In this document: positions 1 to 10,382 of the stretch, one piece after another
Position numbering within the stretch: position 1 is the first letter of the stretch
Layout of the letters: every line of letters begins with the position of its first letter
DNA from: Chrysochromulina tobinii
Lineage: Eukaryota
Reading direction: 5' to 3'
Length of the DNA stretch: 45,021 nucleotides
Assembly (NCBI GenBank): GCA_001275005.1
Contig: JWZX01001788.1
Location: 1-45,021 of the forward strand
Translations under genes and position numbers: made by a program
The notes under the pieces: generated by a model
The model's input: the letters and a program-made list of their open reading frames with translations, nothing else
Database searches by the model: none
Told to the model about the DNA's origin: nothing

Positions 1-504
1 GTTGCGGACGCCATGGATGCCGATGAGCCGCCGCCGCCGCCGCCCGACGAGCCGCCGCCGCCGCCGCCCGACGAGCCGCCGCCGCCGCCGCCGGGGTATG
101 CGATGCCGCGGCCGCCGCCGCCGGGGAGCTATGGAGGCAGCGCCCACGGCAGCGCTATGGGACCTCAGGGACCGTACGGGATGCTTCCATCAGGGTACCA
201 GGCGATGCCTCCTGCCTACGCGATGGGGCCACCGAGCTACCCGCCGCACATGCCACCGCCGCCCGGCTTCATGCCTCCGGGCATGATGCTGCCTCGCGGG
301 CCGCCACCGCCGGGGATGCCGCCGCCGGGGATGCCGCCGCCGGGGATGCCGCCGCCGGGGATGCCGCCGCCGGGAATGCCTCCTACCGGTTTCCCGCCGA
401 TGATGCCGCCGCCGGGCGCGCCGCCGCCCTGGCCGGCGCCCCCAGGGGCGCCGCTGCCTCCACCGCCGGGCGCGCCAGCGCCGCTGCCGCCGCCGCCATC
501 GTAA
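1..504 (+). CDS. 3' part of a proline-rich protein (PPPGM repeats), probably 5'-partial
   Basis: Frame is open from position 1 to TAA at 502-504. It encodes poly-Pro/PPPGM low-complexity sequence of the kind found at C-termini of RNA-processing proteins; no diagnostic domain is visible. Confidence 0.6.
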   Translation, partial: VADAMDADEPPPPPPDEPPPPPPDEPPPPPPGYAMPRPPPPGSYGGSAHGSAMGPQGPYGMLPSGYQAMPPAYAMGPPSYPPHMPPPPGFMPPGMMLPRGPPPPGMPPPGMPPPGMPPPGMPPPGMPPTGFPPMMPPPGAPPPWPAPPGAPLPPPPGAPAPLPPPPS

Positions 505-1148
505 ACAAGAGAGGAAATGCGCCATGAAATGCGCCCGCTCATCGTTTTTTCAGTGCGCTGCTCCATACCTCTTTGCCATGGGCCGGATCGGGTCGGCCGC
601 GCTGCACAGATGCCACCGAGAGAATGGCTCTCTGACTGCGAGAGCATGAAAAACAAGGATGTATGAGTACTAGGTTGGCCCCGGAATCTTCGAACACTGT
701 TGAAAAAGCGCCGTAGTGGTTGTTCTGAATGACCTTCCCGTCCTTGGCTCGCGGCTGTGATACCGCCATGACTGTTGACTCTTTTTTGTGAATGCCAATA
801 CCCAATTATTTGCGTACCGGTGCCGGTACGCCGTAACCGCCGTATTATAGCCATTACCATGAGCCTATAACGCTGTCCGCGGTCTCTACAACTTGCGCGG
901 AGCGAGCGGGGACCGGGGTCCGGGCGGGGAGTTCGAATTGTGTTTGAAATTGTCACTTTGATGTTGTGCAGGGCGGGGGGGCGGGCGCGTGAGGAATCGC
1001 GATCCCGCCCCCGGTGCGCCGGGCAATTTCCAATCACCCATGCTCTTGTTCACGCTCCAACAGAAGCACACTCTCGCGCGCCAAAACGGGCCATGTCGAG
1101 CACCTTCAATCAATTTTCATGGTTCGCCGCGTACGCGCAATATTCATC

Positions 1149-3920
1149 TCAGATACATAGCTTGAATCCAGCCTTTTCTTGAATTGCCTTCCGAATCAAG
1201 GCCTCCCCGTCCTCGCGAATGCAAGGGTTGTAATTGAGGTTGCACTCGGTCAATGCGCCGTTGACGCCAAGAGCGGCGGCGAGCTCCTTGATGCCCGTCA
1301 TGTCCTGTCGGTAGTGAGTGAGATTGTTTCCGGACAGGTTGATGCTCGTCAGCGCGCCTGTGACAACGGCCTGTGACAAGTCCGACGCCAGCAGGATAGC
1401 ATCGGGCGGCTTGAGGTTCTGGTTGAAGAAGTCAGCGGTGGTCTGGTCCCGCTGAATGCCGCAGAGCGAGATCCCCTTCTGCTTGGCGACTTCAGCGAGC
1501 ATCTTGGCGGACTCCGCATCAAGTTGATTGCCCAGGAGGTTGGCTACTGTCAGCCCGCCATTGACACGGAGAGCGTCGGCAATTGCTGTGATCCCCTCTG
1601 CAGTGTAAGTTCCACTCCCAAAATGTGAGAGGCCGCACAGCTGGTTGCTGGAGAGGTCCAGGCTCGTCAGCGTGCCTGTGACGGCGACCAGGGCCGCCGC
1701 AGACTTTGCTCCCACTTCACCGATGCTGTTGAAGCCCATGTTGAGCGACGCGAGCTTGGTCTCCTTGTTGCTCTGGATTGCCTCGCAGATCGCACCAACT
1801 CCCTCATCACCAATGTGGTTGCCATAAATAGACAACTCTGTCAGCGTGCCATTAACTCGCAGGGCGTCAGCGATTGCAGTGATGCCCTCTGCAGTGTAAG
1901 TGCCCTGGCCCCTATTGTCCACACCGCACAGCACGTTGTTGGAGAGGTTGATAGACGTCAGCGCGCCGTTGACGCGCAGAGCGTCAGCAATCGCTGTGAC
2001 GCCCTCGGCGTTGTAAGTGCCTGCGGACACGCTTCCATAAAACCAGACACCACAGAGGCGGGTGTTTGAGAGATTTAACTGCAGAGGCAAAGAAACAGAC
2101 GGGTCAGGAGAGAGGGGTCAAGCGGGTGTGGGCTGATAAGGAAACATACCTTCCTGAGCGAGCTGTTGACGTGCAAGGCGTCCGCGAACGCTGTGGCACC
2201 CTTCGCTCCAAGGTAGTTGCCCTGCAACCTGCAGGCACAAAAACCAGAAAGCACACGTTACGAGCAGGTGCCAAAAGAGCTCAGGTGCTGGCAACGAGTT
2301 GTCCACATTCGGTAAGTTCGAGTCGGGTGAAATGTACTCGATTTGGGTCAGCGAGCTATTGATGGTAAGTGCCTTAGCCAATGCGGTCGTTCCCTTTGGG
2401 CCGAACATGGTCGACGAGTCGCTGCTCAGGTCAAGCGTTCTGAGGCTCTTACTCTGCTCGATAGCAACTGAGAGCGCCTCCACACCTTTGTCACCCAGCT
2501 TTTCGTTACCAACAAGCGAGAGGTGTGTCAATGCGCCTGTGACAATGGCCTGTGACAGGTCCGACGCCAGCAGGATCGCATCGGGCAGCTGAAGGTTCTG
2601 GTTGGAGAAGTCAGCGGTGGTCTGGTCGCGCCGGATGCCGCAGAGTGAGATACCCTTCTGCTTGGCAACCTCAGCGAGCATCTTGGCGGACTCCGCATCA
2701 AGTTGATTGCCCAGGAGGTTGGTCACCGTCAGCGAGCCGTTGACGCCTAGAGCTGCGGCGAGCTCTTTGATGCCCGTCATGTCCCTGCCGAAGTTGGTGA
2801 GATTATTTCTGGACATGTTGATGCTCGTCAGCCCGCCCATGGCAGGCACGAGGTACGCAAGAAGCATGCCACCCTCGACGCCGATATTTCTCTCTTGCAG
2901 GTCGAGCTCAGAGACGGAGTCGTCGCGCATCATCTGCACCGGTATGCCGCTAATCTCGCCAGAGCCAGCGCAGGCGACAGCTGCAAGCAGTAGCTTGAGC
3001 GGCGGCTCGCCCTCTCCCTCGATGCAGCTGAGGAGAGCGGTTTTGGCAGGGCTTCCAAGGACTGGCCTCTCGTCCTCGTCACCGTCGTCGTCCTCATCCC
3101 TCTGGTCCAGATCCACCCCGCGGACCGCGGCCACACTCACCTCGAAGCCCTCCCAGACCAGTCGGGCCAGGCTGGGCAGCATCCTCCCCGCTGCCGCCGC
3201 CTCCCATGGCCGGCCCGCGTCGACGAGGACCTTGATGTTGAGATCGGTGATCTCAGCCAGCTGAGTCGGCGCGGGCTGACCCTTGCAGCGGCTGAGGCGG
3301 GAGCAGAGCACGCGCCGCGCGAGCGCCAACCACGATCGGTTCACGCCCTTGAGCTCGGCCAGCGTGACCACGTCGACCATGCCCAGCGCCACCTCCTTGG
3401 CATCGTCTGTGACTGCCATCCCCGACAGCGAGGGCTGCGGCTGCAGCGCGGGTGGCCCCGCCGCAGAGCCCACCGTGGCTACTGACAGCTGTCCCTCCGG
3501 CGAGAACGCCGGCTCGGCGAGTGCCGCCACACGTTCCTCCACACTGCCAAAGCCATCCATTTCGCCGAGCAGCTCTCTCAGCTCATCGGCGCGTTTGCCG
3601 TTGAGGCGCGAGGCGAGGGCGCGCTGCGCGTGATTGAGCGCCCCGGGGGCGTCGAGGAAGCTGGCGCCCTCGACGAGCCTGAAGAGCTCCGAGATCGAGC
3701 ACTGCTCGAGTCTCGCCGGCATGGATTCGGCCTCGCACATCTCCCGGAGCACTGCCAGCTCTGCCGCCGCAATCATCGGCACCGGGTAGACGCCATCTTC
3801 GGTTGGAGCGTCGTCCATCATGTCTTTGAGCGTGCCTGATCGCTGGGCCACCCGGCGCGTCCACTCGACAGCCTCGCCCTCGCGCGCCCGCAAGCGTACG
3901 CGCTCCTGGCCTTCGGTCAT
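1149..3920 (-). CDS. SKP1/POZ-like + F-box-like + RI-type (NLRC3-like) leucine-rich-repeat protein, ~863 aa; exons 3920-2338, 2228-2150, 2078-1149
   Basis: The N-terminus resembles SKP1 (VRLRAREGEAVEWTRRVAQRSGTLKDMMDD...; ELFRLVEGASFLDAPGALNHAQRALASRLNGKRADELRELLG). An F-box-like segment follows (DDAKEVALGMVDVVTLAELKGVNRSWLALA), then many LxxLxLxxNxL/GxxAIADAL repeats. Removing two GT-AG introns joins the ORFs in frame (...LTQIELQGNYLGAKGATAFADALHVNSSLRK-LNLSNTRLC...). Confidence 0.85.
2079..2149 (-). other. conventional spliceosomal intron (71 nt)
   Basis: AAG|GTATGT...pyrimidine tract...CTGCAG|TTA; phase 0; restores the LRR frame. Confidence 0.85.
2229..2337 (-). other. conventional spliceosomal intron (109 nt)
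   Basis: GA|GTACAT...TTTTTGTGCCTGCAG|G; removal gives an in-frame LRR unit. Confidence 0.75.
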
Positions 3921-4094
3921 TTTGTGATCGTGCCCGGCGCGGCCGCGAGCTCACCAAAACTTGTCACGTTTTTCTCCACAGCGGTGTATAGACTTGACTT
4001 GACCGGACTTGACTTTAACGGCGGCCGGTGACTGGACTTGACTTCCGTGAACCAGCCGTGAACACTAACGCCCACCGGCGTCCTACCTGTCGGG
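3921..4094. promoter_or_regulatory. probable bidirectional promoter containing GACTT/TTGAC repeats
   Basis: 174-bp gap between divergent ATGs (3920 on -, 4095 on +); GACTT units at ~3991-4044. Confidence 0.45.
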
Positions 4095-6539
4095 ATGGCG
4101 CAGAGCGTCGCCGAAGAGCTCACGGCGAAGCTCAATGCACTGGAAGCGCGCCTCAAGTCGGCCGCAATCCCCGCGCCACGTACGCCAGCCACCCGTGGCG
4201 GCGTCAGCGCCGCCGCTGCCCCTTCGAGCGCCAAGCGCGGCGCGGCGACCGCGGTGAGCAACGCCGCACGGCCGGTCCCACGGGCCGCGCCCGCGCCTGC
4301 GGCCGCCGCCCCACCGCCTGCGCCTGGGCACGCGTCCACACCGATGCCGAACGCCCTCGCGCCGCCTCCGCCGCTCGCGCCGCCGCCGCCCAACGCTGCC
4401 CGGCAGGCCATCACCATCTTGCAGCGGCAGCGTGTCACGCTCCAGCAGGAGCGCGCGGCACTGGCGTGGCTGCTGCAGACGCAGCAGCGGCTGCAGGGCG
4501 ACATGCGCCAGGGATTCGAGCAGGTGTTGCGATACAGCGCGGCGGCGCAGCGCGCCGAGGCGGCACGGCACGAGGAGGCGCTCGAGGCGGCGCTCACAGC
4601 TGCACAGCGCACGGCGGAGGCGGAGCGCGCGGCTGCGGCGGCCAAGCTTGCGCGGTGCCAGGAGGAGCGCGGCGCGGCGCTGCTACGCCTCGAGCAGTCC
4701 GAGACCGAGGCGACCCAGCTGCGCGAGAAGCTCGCCCAGCTCAAGAGGCAGGACGACGCGCTCTATGCAGCGCAGCGCTCGAGCTCGACGGAGCTCACGC
4801 AGCTGCGCACGGTGCTCGCAGCGGCGGAGGAGCGCGCGAAGGCGGGGCGCGTGGCGCTCGAAGAGGAGAGCACGCGCCGCCTCGAGGTGGAGCGCGAGCT
4901 GCGCGCCGCGCGCGCCGAGCGCGACGCGCTGCGCGCCAAGCACGCGGCCGTGGAGGGAACGAAGGCTGAGCTGAGCACCCTCAAGCAGGACACGTCATCA
5001 GCACTGGCCCAGTACAAGGAGGACAATGCGGTGCTCGTCGAGGAGGTGCAGCGGCTCCAGGCCGAGCTCAGCACGGCGCGTGAGCGCGTGCGCGTCCTCG
5101 AGGACACGAGCGCCGCCGTGAGCGCCGCCACACAGGAGCACAAGGACGCCGCACAGACGAGCGCGGGCCGGCAGGTGGCGTCGGTGCTCGCGGCGGCCAA
5201 GGAGGAGGCGGCGAATGCGCACGATGCGGCTGAGAAGCACCGGAAGCACGCGGTGGAGGCCCAGGCGCAGCTGCAGGCGCTGTGCGCCGAGCTGCGCGAG
5301 GCCGCCGCCGCCGCTGCCGCCGAGGACGAGACAGCGGCCGCACCCGCAGCGGCTGCTAAGGGCAAGAGCGCGCCTGGCGGCGGCGCGACCAGCGCGAGCG
5401 GCGCGAGCGGCAGCGGCGGCAGTGGAGGTGGCGGCAGCGGTGGCGTGGCCAAGGCGCGCGAGGCGATCCGAATGCTCTTGGAGCAGCGGCACTCGTTGCG
5501 TGACGGCCTGCGCACCGCCGCGGAGCAGTTGCAGCAGGCGCAGCGCAAGCTCAAGGCGGCGAACGCGCGAGTGACGCAGCTGTCGACGCATCAGGACGAG
5601 CTCAAAGGGAGTGCCGAGCAGAGCGCGCAGGCGGCGCGCAGCGCCGAGGCAGCCCGCGAGCGTGCCCAGTCCGAGCTGCACGCAACGCGCGCGGAGGCTC
5701 ATCGGTTGCAGGAGCGGCTCGCGCAGCAATCCAGCGAGATCGGCGAGCTCAAGGCGGCCGCAGAGGCAAGCAGCGCGCGCCGGCAGTGGCTTCTCGGCCG
5801 GCGCGGCGCGTCTGAGCACGGCGAGGGGGCGTCGTTCACCGAGCACGGCGAGGAGGGCGACGCCGAGGTGGCCGAGGCGGTGGCGGAGGAGGCGCAGCTG
5901 GAGGCGATGGCGGAAGGATGGCACTGCTTACTCCTGCAACGGGAGCTCGCCGCCACCGAGGCCGACCTGTTCACAGCCCAAGCGGAGCTCGAGGACGTTG
6001 CGGAGCAGCACATGGCGGGGGTGCTGCACGAGCACAGCCCACGCACCGCGCGCGTGCGGGCGCAGCAGCGCGTGCGCGCGGCGCGCGAGGCACAGGCGGC
6101 GCAACGCCATGCCAAGGGTGCGCTCAAGGCGTACGGCTATGGCGGCGACGAGGAGAATGATCAGATGCTTCTCGAGGCGAGCGCCGGTACGCTCGGCGAG
6201 GGCGGCGGCGGCGGCGGCGGCGCGCAGCTGGCGGGGGGCGGCACGCCGGCCACGCAGGGTGCGCGCCGGCTGAGCGCCGTTGTGAGTGCCGTTGGGTCCG
6301 ACTTTGGGAAAGCGCGCCCAGAGAGCGCGATCTACCGGCGAGTGGAGATGCACGAGAAGCTCGCAGCTCAGCGGAAGGCGGAGGAGTGCCAACGGCAGAG
6401 CAGTGAGCAGGCGGTACGGCGGCAGGCGGCACGGGCATACGCGGAGCGCGTGCGCACCCTCGCATGCAATACCTCAGGCTCGCGCGCGACCACGCAGCCA
6501 GGGCGCAGGCGGCAGCCGCCCACGACGACGGCGACGACG

Positions 6540-6571
<32 letters not shown>

Positions 6572-9500
6572 CCCGGCCATGCGCATCCCGGCTTCCGGGA
6601 CCGTGGCAGCGGTCGTGGCGGCGTACCACCCGGCCGTGCGCTCGCCGACCCTGGCAGCGGTGTACAGTGGCGGAGGACATTCCCCACTGTCGTACGGTGC
6701 CGATGCCGAGCTGCGCGCCGCCTTGGGCGGAGGACATTCCCCACTGTCGTACGGTGCCGATGCCGAGCTGCGCGCCGCCTTGGCGGCCGCGGCGGAGCTG
6801 CGTGCTGACGCAGAGCTGCGCGCGGCGAGCGCCGTGTTGGGCGTGGTCGAGCCGGACGTGCAGGCGCTGCGCGCGCAGCTCGCCGCCGCGGAGGCGAAGA
6901 ACGAGGCGCTGCTTGGCGCGCAAGAGAGCATGGCCATCGCCTCTCCTGTGTCCTCCGGGTTGGCGACCCTCGAGGCGCGGCTGGCTGCTCCTCCGCCGCC
7001 GCCGCCAGTCGCCCCTTCCGAATCGAATGCAGCGATGGAGGCGGCCACAGCGGCCGCCTTAGCCGCCGCGAACGAGGCGGCCGCCGCGGCCACAGCGGCC
7101 ACCGCGGAGGTGCAGCGGTTGAGAGTCGCAGCAGCGGAGGTGGCGGCCGAGGCGGCGGCCATGGCGATGGATCGATCTGCGTCAGCCATCGATCCGTCTG
7201 CGGATTTTGCGGCAGAGGCCGACAGGGCGGCGGCGGAGCGGATTGCGGCGGAGCGGGCCGCCGCGGAGAGGGCGATGGCGGCGGAGAGGGTGGCGGCGGC
7301 CGAGCTGGCCGCGGAGAGGGCGGTGGCTGCTGAGAGGGTGGCGGTGGAGAGGTTGGTGGCCGCAGAGAAGGCTGCGGCGGAGAGGGCTGCGGCGGCGAGG
7401 GCGGTCTCCACGGAGAGGGCGGTGGCGGAGAGGACGGTGGCGGAGAGGGCGGTGGCCGCGGAGCGGGCGGCCACGGAGAGGGCGGTGACGGAGCTAGCCG
7501 CGGAGAGGATGGCCATGGAGAGGGCGGCCATCGAGCGGGCGGCCATCGACAGGACGACGGCGTCGAGGGAGCTGGCCGATAGAATGGCCACGCAACGTGC
7601 GGCCGCTGAGCGTGCGGCCACCGAGCGCTCGATCTCCGAGCGCGCCGCCGCCCAGATCGAGCGAGCTGCGAGATCTCCGGGCGCCCAGATCGAGCGCGCC
7701 GCCGCCCAGCGCGCTGCCGTCGAGACGAGTGCGGCACGTCTAGCCGAGCAACTGGAAGAGGCGAAGCTTGTGGCGGAGCGCTCTACCGCCGAGGCGGCGC
7801 GGCTCAAGGTGCAGCTGTCCGAAGCGAAGCGTCAGTTGACGAGCGCCTTCAAGGAGGCCGAGACGGCGCGCAAGGCGGCGGTGCGCGAGGCGGCGCTCCG
7901 AACCTGAGGATTGCCACTGATTACCACTGATTGTAACCCTCATTGCATGCAGGCGCGCGAGGCGGAGCGTGCGAGGGAGAGCACTCAAATGGCTGAGGCG
8001 GAGCGCGCGGAGCGCGAGCGGCTGCAGCGCGCGTGCGAGGAGGCCGAGGAAGCGCGCCAGGCAGCACGGCTCGAGGCTGAAGAGGCGTCGATGTCCGCAG
8101 CGGACAAGGAGCTGGCGGAGGTCGAGGCCCGCCACGTTGCAGGTGCGCTGATTGCTTCTGATGACCACTGATTGCCCCTGATGACCGCTGATGACCCTCT
8201 GCCACGTGGCAGATGCCGCCTCGATGCGCGCGTTGCGTGCTGAGGAGCGCGCGGCCGCGGCCGAGGCGGCGGCGGCTCTCGCGACGGCGCGCGCGGACGA
8301 GTGCGCCGCCGAGGCTGCGAAGCTGGAGCTGGAGCTGAGGAAGCTGGAGGACGAGCGAGGCGTGCTCGCGAGCCTCGAGGCGCAGTGCGACGCGGCACAG
8401 CGTGCGGCGCACGAGGCTGAGCAGCGCGCGGCGCAGGAGGCGAATAAGGTGGCGAGCGTGGCGCTCGAAGGCCGTGCAATCAGCATGCTGTTAGGGATGG
8501 AGTTGAGATCCATCGAGGCGCAGCTCGCGCCGTTGCAGACGCTCGCGCTCACGGCGCGGCGGGAGGAGGAGGTGCTGAGCGAGCGCGTCGCAGCACTCGA
8601 GGCGTCACTTCGGGACGCCGAAGCGCGCACCCTCGCAGCTGAGCAACGTGCCGACGAAGGCGCCCTCGCGTGGCGCGAAAAGTTGCTCGCGACGCGCGAA
8701 TCGCACGCGGCGGCGCTGCAGCAGGAGCGTGCCGACGGCAAGAAGCAATGGCGCGCGCGGCTGCAGGCGCTGCAGGGTGAGCTGCGGACTGAGCTGGCGT
8801 CGCTCGCGGCCATGCCGCCGCCGCCGCCCAATTCGATCTTATCCGCCGGCGCGTCCCTCGTCGGCAGCCGGGCCTGCTCGCGCCCGGCGTCCCAGATGGG
8901 CTCACGCGTCGCCTCCCGCGCTCCCTCGCCACCCTCGGTTGGAGGCACGGGATCGCCCACGTGGGCGAGCGCGCTCGAAGCGGCCGCCGCGAAGCATGCG
9001 ACAGCGCTCCTCGACGCCGACGCGCCGTCACGGGCGGCCCTCTCCCCGGGTCTCGATGGCGTCGATCTGCAGTCGGTCGAGCACACGCTGCGCGGGATCC
9101 AACTCTCGACGGCACGCGCCGTGTCGGCGGATAGACCGTCCGAGCGGCTCCTACCGGTACCCAACCGCCCCCTACCCAACCGCCCCCTGTTTGCACCGCC
9201 CAACCTGGCCCAAAGGAGCGATTCGGCAGACTCCTGGGACCTCGCCAACACCGCCCCCTTTTTGCGGCCGCCGGTGCCCGCCGCCGACGTGCCGTCGGCC
9301 TCGTGGGGGCTCGCCCACGACGACGCGTACGACTCGGAAGGGTCCTCGGGTGAGATGCAACGAGATGACGCCGAGATGCGACGTGATGACGCCGAGATGA
9401 TGCCGCGAGATTACTCCGAGGTGCCGCCCGGCGAAACCAGCGCCTGGGTCGCCGGCCTCATCAACGCACCAGTCAACTTTGGCGGCGGCACGGGCGCGGA

Positions 9501-9591
9501 TGCTGCGGGATTTACAGACTCGATCCACGAGAGCATGGACGCCCTCGAGCAGATGAGAGCCCTCCAACGGCAAGCGGCACGCTTGACTTGA
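4095..9591 (+). CDS. giant Ala/Glu/Arg-rich coiled-coil protein, ~1784 aa; exons 4095-7880, 7953-8142, 8213-9591
   Basis: Three consecutive ORFs (4095-7907, 7911-8171, 8191-9591) are joined in frame by two GT-AG introns. Heptad-like and AAERA repeats; no catalytic domain recognised. Confidence 0.8.
6669..6782 (+). repeat. exact 57-nt in-frame tandem duplication (GGGHSPLSYGADAELRAAL x2)
   Basis: 6669-6725 is repeated at 6726-6782. Confidence 0.9.
7881..7952 (+). mobile_element. repeat-built intron (72 nt) whose 5' end duplicates the downstream exon
   Basis: GTGCGCGAGGCGGCGC...CTGATTACCA CTGATTGTAACCCTCATTGCATGCAG|GCGCGCGAGGCGGAGC; contains an in-frame stop; removal restores the ORF. Confidence 0.75.
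8143..8212 (+). mobile_element. repeat-built intron (70 nt) whose 3' end duplicates the upstream exon
   Basis: GCCACGTTGCAG|GTGCG followed by CTGAT at 8148, 8158, 8168, 8178, 8188, ending GCCACGTGGCAG|AT; removal restores the frame. Confidence 0.8.
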
Positions 9592-9644
9592 CTTGACTTG
9601 CCTCGACTTGCCTTGCCTTGCCCTCCAACGGCCAGCGGCACGCT
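9559..9644 (+). repeat. (TTGAC/TTGCC)n insertion flanked by a 25-nt direct duplication at the gene's stop codon
   Basis: GCCCTCCAACGGC(A/C)AGCGGCACGCT at 9559-9583 and 9620-9644 (1 mismatch), around a 36-nt pentamer repeat. Confidence 0.85.
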
Positions 9645-10382
9645 CGTGACACGCGCATCAACTTAGGGTAATTAGGGTTGCGTCACCGTCTCGTGAGCCC
9701 TCACCGAGCGTCTTTCCGCGGTGCGGTGCATCGCTGTACGCTCGATCATGTCGGGGTGCTGGTGACAGGTGAGTGGCTTCCCAGTTTGTGCGCGTCCAGA
9801 TCCAGTGGCGCGCGGGCACCGCGCGTGATGATTGTGCCGAGAACGTTATGGCTCCATGCCCGGAGAATCCGTCAAGGAAAGAAGTAAGACGAGTGACGAG
9901 AACGTCGAAGGTCGAATCGCCTCGACATAGAGTACAGTCGAGTCCTGCTCACCGGCGTCAAAGCTCAGACCTCAGTCGAGAGTTTCAGTTTGTTCGAGAG
10001 CGGACGTTTTCGCGATCGTTTGATGGATGATCATGTGGATGATGCGCATTCTTGTGCGCTGACGTCGGCTGACGCGTGACGGCTGACGCGGGCGGTCTCG
10101 TCGACGGCCGCCGGGAGCTGTCTCCGAGCCCGCGCATAATCTTAGTATATTCATCTGTACAACGATCATACTTCCACGGGTGTATGAGCCATCTTGTCGC
10201 GTCGGTGTTCTCCCCATCACAGTGTTCTCTGACACGGTGCGTCCCCATCCTGAGGTCCCTGGCGCCACCCACCCCCGCTCATGCCCATACAGATACACGT
10301 TCGTTACAGGCCCCCAGGCGCGCGTAGTCGCGGCGATCTCCGGGGATCCCTTGCCAACTGCAGCCCTCCGGCCCGAGTGCGC

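Noticed and set aside
812..830. Palindromic GCGTACCGGTGCCGGTACGC and the similar ACCGGTACCGGT at ~23733-23744
   Set aside because: Short intergenic inverted repeats with no termini or TSD defining an element; function cannot be supported.
6522..6572. (GCGACG)n tract and other coding microsatellites or short duplications (e.g. DSSREPPT x2 at ~31573-31620, AARSEQ repeats at ~23000-23130)
   Set aside because: Ordinary in-frame low-complexity expansions.
3917..9641. Many long overlapping and antisense ORFs here and across other genes (e.g. 6124-7737, 7740-9251, 16707-18671, 10281-11264)
   Set aside because: Shadow ORFs caused by very high GC and strong codon bias on the true coding strand; Arg/Ala/Pro-rich with no domains.
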